In this document: positions 16,672 to 24,282 of the stretch, piece by piece
Layout of the letters: each line of letters starts with the position of its first letter
Numbering within the stretch: the first letter of the stretch is position 1
Notes under the pieces: model-generated
Told to the model about the DNA's origin: nothing
Database searches by the model: none
The model's input: only the letters and a program-made list of their open reading frames with translations
Origin: a virus
Taxonomy: Duplodnaviria; Heunggongvirae; Uroviricota; Caudoviricetes
DNA length: 24,282 bases
IMG/VR virus record: IMGVR_UViG_3300037067_001516
Reading direction: 5' to 3' (one strand)
Program-made: the position numbers and the translations under genes

Positions 16672-17388
16672 TTAAAATGTTACAAGCTTAGCGTCGCCAT
16701 TGAAAGCATTTGGATGATCAACTTTTAACAAACTAGCGTCACCAGTTTCAGTGCTACTTATATCTACTTTCAAAATGTTTGAGTCCCCAGTAGGTGTACC
16801 AGCGTATGTGTTAACGATCGCAGCATCACCTGTAGCAGTGTCGCTATATTGTGTGCTGAAATTAGCATCACTAGTAACAGTTGTTGATATTCCAACTAAT
16901 GTAAGATTTGTATCGCCAGTAATTGAGGCAGCAACGTTTCCGATCATGTTAGTATCTCCAGACATTGTCGCGGCGATAACTACTTTCAAACTAGCATTTC
17001 CAGTATAGTCATCTGCTATTACTATATTGAGACTAGAATTTCCAGAGAATGATGTTGGAGTTTCTGTGACTTTTAAATTAGCATCTCCAGTAAATGTGGC
17101 AGATTCTGAAACATGTAAAGGAATGTCGCCCAATTCCATAACTGAAACTCTACCTGCTTCAGAACTTTGGATGGCAGATATTTTTGTTGGATACAATATA
17201 TCAAATATATATTGTTCTCCAGCTTTTATCAGATAGCCACCAGTAGCAGTTACAGCGTCAGCATCGAACGCGATATAACAATCCTTAGACGTGGATACTA
17301 GCGTCTGTTTGCTATGCCCGCTAAGAGTTCTTGATGCCGATGTACCGCTTGTTGCTATCGTGGCTATGTTAGTGTAAGGATAACTCAT
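16672..17388 (-). CDS. Virion-type protein: small beta domain + GDxxL repeats
   Basis: About 10 repeats such as FTGDANL, YTGNASL, MSGDTNM, FNGDAKL. Confidence 0.7.
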   Translation of the reverse strand: MSYPYTNIATIATSGTSASRTLSGHSKQTLVSTSKDCYIAFDADAVTATGGYLIKAGEQYIFDILYPTKISAIQSSEAGRVSVMELGDIPLHVSESATFTGDANLKVTETPTSFSGNSSLNIVIADDYTGNASLKVVIAATMSGDTNMIGNVAASITGDTNLTLVGISTTVTSDANFSTQYSDTATGDAAIVNTYAGTPTGDSNILKVDISSTETGDASLLKVDHPNAFNGDAKLVTF

Positions 17389-17404
17389 AATTTTAAATTA
17401 AATG

Positions 17405-17445
17405 TTATAAAAAGACTCCTATCTTCCAATCCAGATAAGAGTCTT
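17405..17445 (-). terminator. Intrinsic terminator-like hairpin inside the late operon
   Basis: 13-bp stem aagactcttatct/agataggagtctt (contiguous with one G.U only in the minus-strand RNA) followed by a U tract. Confidence 0.7.
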
Positions 17446-17493
17446 CTTACAGTGCGCATTGAATTGCGGCTTAATTACCATTGGATTGGTTTA

Positions 17494-18234
17494 TTATTTA
17501 ATTTTTTTTAAATCTTTTTTATTAGAAACTTTCTCACCACTTTCGCTATAAGCTGGTGTAACTTCGAATTGATTAGGATAATCTATTTTTACTTGTTTGT
17601 GATGTGAGCATTTCACTCCAAAGTCTGCATGTATTTTAATTCCTTTCTTTATAACTTTTTCGCAGAAATCAAAGTCTTCTCCTAACGCTGTCTTACCATA
17701 CTTAGCATATGGACGTTCTTCAAACCATGGTTCTTTAATACCTTTGAATACATCTTTGTGGATTAAGCAGCAACTCATTCCGCATGCTATTATTTCTTCT
17801 ACTCCGGATGCTTTAAGTATGGGCATAAACCCTTCTTTCGGTTTTCTTTTATTAGCATATCTGAAAACCATAGGAGCTGGCCGGAGAATACCATCAGAAC
17901 AAAGTTTTAAATTACATGTTACGCCAGATACCATCTTCTTTCTATGAGATAGTAATCTTGTTATAGCATCAGGAGGAGGAACTGTGTCAGCATCTACAAA
18001 GAATATATAATCGTATTTACGTTTTAAGAATTCTTCTACGCATTTATTTCTGGCGACACTTACTGGGGAAAAGTTCTGTGGCGGGAATAAGATTAACTTA
18101 TTGCCATAAACCCATTGGACTACTCGCAGCATTAGATCTGTTTGAATCTTGCCCATATTTGGAATGGCAAGAAATATTGATGGCATCTTGTCAACTTCTT
18201 CTTGACTAGTTTGGCCTATTTTTATTTCCGGCAT
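17494..18234 (-). CDS. GT-A fold glycosyltransferase (GT2-like)
   Basis: IFLAIP, ARNKCV, YIFFVDADT (DxD), CGMSCCLIHKDVF, GEDFDFC, HHK. Confidence 0.9.
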   Translation of the reverse strand: MPEIKIGQTSQEEVDKMPSIFLAIPNMGKIQTDLMLRVVQWVYGNKLILFPPQNFSPVSVARNKCVEEFLKRKYDYIFFVDADTVPPPDAITRLLSHRKKMVSGVTCNLKLCSDGILRPAPMVFRYANKRKPKEGFMPILKASGVEEIIACGMSCCLIHKDVFKGIKEPWFEERPYAKYGKTALGEDFDFCEKVIKKGIKIHADFGVKCSHHKQVKIDYPNQFEVTPAYSESGEKVSNKKDLKKIK

Positions 18235-18235
18235 A

Positions 18236-18694
18236 TTATTTGGCCCTCTCTAGTCTCGGTGTACATCCTGTACAACTTTTTATTTCCGAAGAATCTCTCA
18301 TCGGTAAGGAATTTATAAATGTTTCTGTGTATACTGGTTCATCATCACAAGATATTTCAGAAGTTCCATCCGGAAAGATATACATTACAGATTTGAAATT
18401 AGACTTATTTATTGTAGTCTGCCAACCAATCATGTTGATATGAAATTTCGGGAATAGGTTTCCAGTATTGGCGATCGTCCTGCGAAAATATATTAATCTT
18501 GAATCCTTCGGTATGTTTAGTACTATCTTATTCAGATTTCTTTCTTGTGGTATTAGTATAAATGTTTTTATTTTTTCAAAGTTTTTATTTTTGTTATTGA
18601 ACTTAAACTTTTCTTTGTCTTCTGCTTTAGATTGGTCGAATACTTTACCGTCATCTAAAACTACTTGCCATTTGTAATAGTCTTGTAACATCAT
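18236..18694 (-). CDS. Hypothetical phage protein
   Basis: RLIYFRR...IGWQ pattern; tight junction with the next gene. Confidence 0.65.
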   Translation of the reverse strand: MMLQDYYKWQVVLDDGKVFDQSKAEDKEKFKFNNKNKNFEKIKTFILIPQERNLNKIVLNIPKDSRLIYFRRTIANTGNLFPKFHINMIGWQTTINKSNFKSVMYIFPDGTSEISCDDEPVYTETFINSLPMRDSSEIKSCTGCTPRLERAK

Positions 18695-18767
18695 AGTGGT
18701 CGAATATTAATCCCCTAGGGGAACTGGGCACATCCAGTAAATAGTAATTTACATACTTATTCCTAGT

Positions 18768-19280
18768 TTAGTTTTCGTCGTAAGAATAATTATATGTTTG
18801 CTGAGCCATGTTACCTTGGGATGCTAAGGAATTGACTTCTAAGATCATTGTCAAGTAGCTTGACGATTCTCCGGAAGTATTCAATGTTCCCGCGATAGCT
18901 TGTTTAGCCCCAGCTGTAGCTGCAGTTACTGCAGTATAGCCATCATTAGTTGTGGCCAAAGCTGGTGTGGCATAAGTATTGAGTGTTTTGTAGTAATCAA
19001 CAACGTTTCCGCTATCGATTGCTGAACCACCGCCCCAGAACTTAAAGTTCGTGACCTGAGTATCAGGTTCAGTTGTACCAACTTGGAACTTCAACCATTT
19101 CTCGTAAGAATAGGCTGGAGTAGCAGTAGCTGGAATAGTAATAGGATTACTAGTCCTGTTCCCGCTAGTGTTAGTACAATTGTCGGCAGTGATAAAATCA
19201 ATACCAGCTCCTGTAATATCGGTTTCGGTTTGACCGGCACCGTAATTACAAATTAAATTGACATCTGCTGGACTTGCCAT
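18768..19280 (-). CDS. Putative structural beta-rich protein
   Basis: Thr/Ala/Ser-rich; YSYEKWLKF, NFKFW, terminal YSYDEN. Confidence 0.6.
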   Translation of the reverse strand: MASPADVNLICNYGAGQTETDITGAGIDFITADNCTNTSGNRTSNPITIPATATPAYSYEKWLKFQVGTTEPDTQVTNFKFWGGGSAIDSGNVVDYYKTLNTYATPALATTNDGYTAVTAATAGAKQAIAGTLNTSGESSSYLTMILEVNSLASQGNMAQQTYNYSYDEN

Positions 19281-19306
19281 ACGATTGTGTATGTTAATTA
19301 ATTAAA

Positions 19307-19513
19307 CTATTGTCTTGGAATATAAACTGTCTTCTGATCAATGAACTGATCATCAGAACTTCTTATACCTGTAAAGAGTTTATCATCACCTTTGCTCTTT
19401 ATTTCATCCCAGATTTTTTCTGGCATGGAAACTGTATTGCCTGGTGCGGCATGGAATACTGAAGTTTTATATTCTCCAGTTTCATTGTTTCCTACGAATT
19501 TTGCTGTTATCAT
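19307..19513 (-). CDS. Hypothetical protein
   Basis: ATG at 19513 (MITAKFVG) preferred over GTG at 19549. Confidence 0.55.
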   Translation of the reverse strand: MITAKFVGNNETGEYKTSVFHAAPGNTVSMPEKIWDEIKSKGDDKLFTGIRSSDDQFIDQKTVYIPRQ

Positions 19514-19558
19514 AGTTTTAAGTTTTGGTATGTTATTATATCCACACACCTATTAATA

Positions 19559-19906
19559 TTATATCATAAAATTCAACTTTGCGCCATTGCGCATTGTACT
19601 TTTGTTCAATGATTTTTTTAACATTGAACTATTTTCTATAAGCGTTGATACACAATTAGTGTTTGTAATCCTATATTTTACTGAGTATCTTTTGTTAATC
19701 GCGTAGCAAATATTAGCTACTATTTCAAAGCCATTTGGAGTGACGAGAGCTTCTTTCATCCCAACATAAGAAGAGTATCCTTCTATTTCTATTTTACTTT
19801 TAGTATCTGGAGACAATAAAGTAATTGAAGATATCTTCACTTTTGGAATTTCGATCCATGAGTTGAAGTCGATCTTATCTCCATTGATTGTTTTAACTAT
19901 ATACAT
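19559..19906 (-). CDS. Hypothetical protein
   Basis: Same strand, tight packing. Confidence 0.6.
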   Translation of the reverse strand: MYIVKTINGDKIDFNSWIEIPKVKISSITLLSPDTKSKIEIEGYSSYVGMKEALVTPNGFEIVANICYAINKRYSVKYRITNTNCVSTLIENSSMLKKSLNKSTMRNGAKLNFMI

Positions 19907-19911
19907 ATTCG

Positions 19912-20763
19912 TTAGTTTAGATAAGTATCTCCGTGAAAATGTGCTAAGGTTGGCGCATAAAGGAATGCATTACCGGTCATATGATGGATTGTTTCTAACA
20001 TAGCGTCTCCATGATAGTGTGCAGATGCACTATCTTTTTTCAAATTTGTATTTCCGTGGTAATGAGTTGCTATATTTTTTGTCAATCTAGCATCTCCAGA
20101 ACAAGTATCTGATTCTGAACTTTTATATGTTATCCACGCGACTTGAGCATCTATCACCCCAGATTCTGGAAGAGTCAAATTGTAATCGCCTTCTACGCTC
20201 AGATCACACAACTGTATGCCGGTTAATCCTGGGGTAATAGTCTCCCAATTTGGTGATGCTTCAGTTCCACTATTGCCCGTAAATGACACTGTTGGTGCTG
20301 ATCCCGAGAAGAAATATCTTACTTGCAAAGAAAAATCCATGGATCCTGCTGTCGTGACTGAATCATATGGGACTTCTGCACCTAGATTAAATGTTATAGA
20401 TTCTCCGGCATCTGGGGTTGTAGGGTCTACAACATAATTAGTAGACCCTTTCAACCTATTTTTAGTAGCACCACCAGCAGTTGCTGCTGTGGGCTTCCAG
20501 TTTGCCCCAGGAGCTGCGTTTGTAGTGGCCATAGCATAAAGCATAGGGATGCTACCATTACCAGCAGTACCAGCGAAAATCTGCTTAGAAGTTGTAACAC
20601 CGTAAGTAGTTCTTTTTGGGAATGTTTCTGCATTATCCCAGGCTTCTATTTTTGGAGGCAGTGCTAATGCTGTAGAAAAAGACACCCTAAAAACATTTCT
20701 AGTATTCTGATTCCCGATTGTAGTTATTTTGAATGGTAATGACATATTTTTTCTAGTGGCCAC
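19912..20763 (-). CDS. Putative structural protein with His-rich GDxxL repeats at the C-terminus
   Basis: Beta-rich body; tail SGDARL/HYHGNTNL/HYHGDAML/HMTGNAFL/HFHGDTYL. The start is GTG 20763 or ATG 20745. Confidence 0.65.
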   Translation of the reverse strand: MATRKNMSLPFKITTIGNQNTRNVFRVSFSTALALPPKIEAWDNAETFPKRTTYGVTTSKQIFAGTAGNGSIPMLYAMATTNAAPGANWKPTAATAGGATKNRLKGSTNYVVDPTTPDAGESITFNLGAEVPYDSVTTAGSMDFSLQVRYFFSGSAPTVSFTGNSGTEASPNWETITPGLTGIQLCDLSVEGDYNLTLPESGVIDAQVAWITYKSSESDTCSGDARLTKNIATHYHGNTNLKKDSASAHYHGDAMLETIHHMTGNAFLYAPTLAHFHGDTYLN

Positions 20764-20770
20764 TAGTTAT

Positions 20771-21145
20771 TTATGCGTCGTATGTTTTCGGTTTTTTTGC
20801 TCCTAAATCATCTTCTTTTGTTTTTCTTCTGTTTGCATCTCTCTGCATTTTCTCAGCATATAAATAAACATTATACGCTTCTCTATCCTGCGGGATGCCG
20901 ACTCCGACAAGTTCTTCTCTTGTTAGTTTTGATACTCGTTCATGAAATTCAACAGGGATAAATTTAAGTTTGTTCTGCATGTCTTCAGAAAATTGTTTCG
21001 GATCGATAGGAGCTTTAGCTTCCGTTGCTATCGGAATAACTCTGTTATCAGTTCTATCATTATCAGGATTGTCTATCTCTCTTCCTGATACTGCCGGAGC
21101 AGCTCCAGCCTGAACTTCCATGTCTATTGGTTTGTTCTTAACCAT
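20771..21145 (-). CDS. Hypothetical protein
   Basis: Same strand, tight packing. Confidence 0.6.
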   Translation of the reverse strand: MVKNKPIDMEVQAGAAPAVSGREIDNPDNDRTDNRVIPIATEAKAPIDPKQFSEDMQNKLKFIPVEFHERVSKLTREELVGVGIPQDREAYNVYLYAEKMQRDANRRKTKEDDLGAKKPKTYDA

Positions 21146-21159
21146 ATGTTTTGTGGTCG

Positions 21160-21483
21160 TTATTCATTGTTGATATCTTCGGCCAAGTCAAGCAATTCGC
21201 CTAACCTGCCAACGATAGCAGCAATGAATACATTAGATTCGTTAATTAATTTTTTAAGGATTGTGAATTCTTCTTCTGTTAATTTTACAGAATCTTTAGC
21301 CGAGAAGATCTTCGTTCCGATAGCGAATGCTTTTAATGTTTCGCCTGGAACTTGTGACTTAGCCATTTCACATATAGTCACGATTGCATCCTTATGGCTC
21401 AATAGCTTGTCTTTATCCATGGCTATTGTTGTTCCTGATATTGTCTTGATTGGTATATCCAACCCAACAATTTTTTTTAGCAT
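21160..21483 (-). CDS. Hypothetical protein, possible tail-fibre assembly chaperone
   Basis: Helical, VKLTEEEFTILKKLI...IVGRL; position downstream of the fibre gene. Confidence 0.5.
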   Translation of the reverse strand: MLKKIVGLDIPIKTISGTTIAMDKDKLLSHKDAIVTICEMAKSQVPGETLKAFAIGTKIFSAKDSVKLTEEEFTILKKLINESNVFIAAIVGRLGELLDLAEDINNE

Positions 21484-21495
21484 AGTGGTCTTATG

Positions 21496-21828
21496 TTAAT
21501 TTATTAATTTCTTTTCAAGTTCGTCTATTCTTTTTTGTAATTCATTAAATTTATTTGCGAATAACAAATATAAATCCTGTTTGCTTTCGTACATTCCAAT
21601 CATTTGGCCTTCCAATATTTCCTTTGGTTTCATTCCCATCGTTGGAAGTTCGCGCGGTGGATCTTTGCGTTCTCTTTTCGCAAATTTATATTCGTCGGAA
21701 TTATCGTCCATAGGATCAAATGTTGTCGGATCAAAATTGCTGGAAGGATTTAGTTGCTTATCTAGAACTTCTCTTTTAAAATGTGTTTTTCTTTCAGTTA
21801 ATGAAAGTTTTTTATTTTGATAATTCAT
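21496..21828 (-). CDS. Hypothetical protein with C-terminal coiled coil
   Basis: LLFANKFNELQKRIDELEKKL, reminiscent of the coiled-coil end of tail-fibre intramolecular chaperones. Confidence 0.55.
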   Translation of the reverse strand: MNYQNKKLSLTERKTHFKREVLDKQLNPSSNFDPTTFDPMDDNSDEYKFAKRERKDPPRELPTMGMKPKEILEGQMIGMYESKQDLYLLFANKFNELQKRIDELEKKLIN

Positions 21829-21837
21829 ATAATTGTA

Positions 21838-24060
21838 TTAGTAAGCAGTCATATCGAATGATCCAACCCATGACCCACCACCTGGCCGTCCCCTGAATTG
21901 TTCTATACCACCACCAGAATAATTAGTTATATCACCTGCAGCACTTGGATTATTAGCATAGTATTCTAAATTTATTTTATTCGCTCCAAATGTAGCAGAA
22001 GAAAACAATTTGCTATTATACAAATAGAAATAATCCCCGGCTGATCCTATATACACACGGCCCCACCCATGTGTACTGTCGCCAAGATACTGACTGCCAT
22101 CGCTTTCTGGTATTAGATTTACGCTAGTATCTCCAACTGTAATTGGACCAGCAGAATTACTACAATCAAAATATACTCCAGAGTATCCTATATATACAGC
22201 TCTTGTCCAATTGGCATCGCCATCGCCACTATTGTATAAAGAATAATACGTAGTCCCTCCTGTTGGTAAGTGATTATGACCAGTACCAACAGCATGATTC
22301 AATGTCCAATATGTTGTGTTGTCGGTTACTGACAAACCTGTGCCTATAGAGAATCCTCTGAAACTCAAATCTACTCCACTTTTGCTTTTGTACCATCCGT
22401 AAGAACCTCCTGCATTTGATGCAGTATTTGCTTCTCCAGCAGTAACATCGAATCCTATAGATGATGCTATCTTCCCACCAGATTCATATAGATATCCGCC
22501 AGAAGTTCCTATATATGCTCTACCCCAGCTGTATGAACTGTTTCCCAAATATAATGAACCATCTGCATTTGGAATAATATTATTAAAAGAAATAACATTA
22601 GAACTCGTACCGGCTACAAATTTTACATTTCCTCCTGAATTATCGGCATGTCTTGTACTTAACGTCAAATCACCCGTATCAACAACAACCAATGCTTCAA
22701 ATGCTGTCCCTACTGTATAACCTGCACCGGCACTATTCATAGCTATCAAATCTAACTCGGCTATATCTGCATGAATTGCACTTGCATAAGATACACCAGC
22801 CACTGCTTTTAAACCCTCGAATGTTCCTACTGAAACATTATCTGAATTAAATATTTCTATTTTGTCTCCAGACATAACTACTCTTTTGTTTGGAGACACT
22901 GCTGTTTGTATTGTGAAACCAGTTAATGTACCTGCAGTTATTTGATTTGCTGCTATGCTTCCTGCATAAATATAACCTGTATTAATTTCGTTTGCTGTTA
23001 TAGTATTAGCAGCAATATTATTCGCTATAATTGAACCAGCAGCTATATTTTCGCCTGACACTATAGGTTCTTGGCCACCATAAGGTATCACTGATGCTTT
23101 ATTTGCACCATTCTGCGCCGAAGCTACAAGTATTTTCCCATCTCCGACTGCAGTCGAATAAGTGTATGTAGCTTTTAAAGATGATGGAGCTGATATATCA
23201 AGATAAATATATGTTAATGCGTTCATTGGACTTGTAAGACTAGCTGCAGTTAATGCTGCATCCGTGTTACTGCCTGGTGTCACAGAATATGTAGTTCCAT
23301 CTTGAGTTTTTATTGTGCCAGCAGTCCAAGAAACTGTATTCAAATCTGTAATACTAAAAACTATATTTGTCGTCCATGTTTGTGCCGCTTTATTTAATGT
23401 AACCGTGTAGACTGAACCACTTATGATCGATGTTGTATATGCTGTAGCATTTCTTATGACAACTGAATTAAATTCTGCATTACCGGTAATATATTCTAGC
23501 TTATAACCATCTACACCAGTCGCGAAATTAACTGATGTAATATCTCCAGCCATTGCGAGATCACCTACTATTAACAGTCTTCTATTTGAATTGTCATATC
23601 TGATATATGACGACGGATAATTGCCGATAAGGACATCGCCACGGCTAAAGTCACCTTCTTTTATTGTAGTATCCTGCAGAAAGAATCCAAATACAGTATC
23701 GTCTTTATCTACGCCACGTAAATATTCATCGTCCATTATCCATTGAGTACTCCCATCTTCACCTACTGTTATTCTACTATTTAATGCGTCTAAGTATATC
23801 GATCTACCAACTTGTATTACTGTTTCCGCATATAACCTACCAGTTCTTAATGACGCAGGATCAGTCATCGGTTTATTCGTATACGTGCTTGACCCTTGGC
23901 TAATGATCTTAGAACCAGGAGTAACTGATAATGTAAAATTATCTTTACCTGGAAAGGGTACAATAACTCTACCCTTTGAATCAAATCTAAATTCAGGTTT
24001 GTTAAATATATCTATTCGTTCCGAATCTTGATTTAAATAATCTTGATGTTTAAGCGCCAT
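21838..24060 (-). CDS. Tail fibre/spike-like protein
   Basis: DITSVNFATGVDGYKL...GNAEFNSVVIR; pentapeptide-like run IAAGSIIANNIAANTITANEI...ITAGTLTG; repeated IP.xDGSxYLG.S...WGR.YIG units. Confidence 0.75.
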   Translation of the reverse strand: MALKHQDYLNQDSERIDIFNKPEFRFDSKGRVIVPFPGKDNFTLSVTPGSKIISQGSSTYTNKPMTDPASLRTGRLYAETVIQVGRSIYLDALNSRITVGEDGSTQWIMDDEYLRGVDKDDTVFGFFLQDTTIKEGDFSRGDVLIGNYPSSYIRYDNSNRRLLIVGDLAMAGDITSVNFATGVDGYKLEYITGNAEFNSVVIRNATAYTTSIISGSVYTVTLNKAAQTWTTNIVFSITDLNTVSWTAGTIKTQDGTTYSVTPGSNTDAALTAASLTSPMNALTYIYLDISAPSSLKATYTYSTAVGDGKILVASAQNGANKASVIPYGGQEPIVSGENIAAGSIIANNIAANTITANEINTGYIYAGSIAANQITAGTLTGFTIQTAVSPNKRVVMSGDKIEIFNSDNVSVGTFEGLKAVAGVSYASAIHADIAELDLIAMNSAGAGYTVGTAFEALVVVDTGDLTLSTRHADNSGGNVKFVAGTSSNVISFNNIIPNADGSLYLGNSSYSWGRAYIGTSGGYLYESGGKIASSIGFDVTAGEANTASNAGGSYGWYKSKSGVDLSFRGFSIGTGLSVTDNTTYWTLNHAVGTGHNHLPTGGTTYYSLYNSGDGDANWTRAVYIGYSGVYFDCSNSAGPITVGDTSVNLIPESDGSQYLGDSTHGWGRVYIGSAGDYFYLYNSKLFSSATFGANKINLEYYANNPSAAGDITNYSGGGIEQFRGRPGGGSWVGSFDMTAY

Positions 24061-24282
24061 TTGATTTAAGTTTAAACTTTTTAATCTTAGGAGTAGCTGG
24101 CATATATTTTGGACGGACTCTGCCAGCTGCTAATCTTTTTCTCATCGCCATAATATCTTTAAATTCTTTTACCGGATCTAGTGTATAGACTCCAGCTCTA
24201 CCATGCATATGGTTGCTGTATAACTCTGGGAAATCTCTAGCGAATAGTTGGCCAAGATTGGCATAGATATCATCTTCCCACC
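24050..24282 (-). CDS. 3' end of an upstream gene (partial, hypothetical)
   Basis: Open frame WEDDIYANLGQLFARDFPELY...KKFKLKSNGA* ending at 24050, with an 11-nt overlap with the fibre gene. Confidence 0.65.
   Translation of the reverse strand, partial: WEDDIYANLGQLFARDFPELYSNHMHGRAGVYTLDPVKEFKDIMAMRKRLAAGRVRPKYMPATPKIKKFKLKSNGA

Noticed and set aside
10399..20633. Alternative-frame minus-strand ORFs 10399..10779, 11924..12223 and 20451..20633
   Set aside because: By-products of GGT, Ser/Pro and GCT codon repeats in the real frame (poly-Val, LTVR, Leu-rich).
261..21820. All plus-strand ORFs in the track
   Set aside because: Each lies antisense to a better supported minus-strand gene and has no recognisable motif; they are typical shadow ORFs.

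Overview
AT-rich fragment of a tailed dsDNA bacteriophage (or prophage). Every credible gene is on the minus strand. Reading in the direction of transcription (right to left), the window holds three blocks. (1) Late block, about 24282-8340: a tail fibre/spike-like gene and small structural-type genes, a GT-A glycosyltransferase, a papain-like (C1) peptidase next to membrane proteins, large modular surface/fibre proteins (lectin-like cassettes, a split FN3-like domain, a Ser/Pro mucin-like tract, Gly-rich and GDxxL repeats) and a holin-like gene. (2) An operon behind a sigma70-type promoter at ~8190-8250: GroES-like protein, stand-alone sigma-region-4 HTH, Cas4-like nuclease and a degenerate family-4 UDG. 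(3) An operon behind a near-copy of that promoter at ~6150-6210: SSB-like protein, replication initiator-like protein, DnaB-like helicase, RlpA-like protein, HU-like protein, Zn-ribbon, HEXXH protein and a SAM methyltransferase. The most unusual signals are: one FN3-like domain cut into three pieces by two inserted lectin-like cassettes and split over two genes; twin promoters with tandem -35 boxes paired with a stand-alone sigma-4 protein; a UDG with all catalytic motifs altered; and several attenuator-like RNA leaders. All family assignments come from motif recognition by eye, with no database search.
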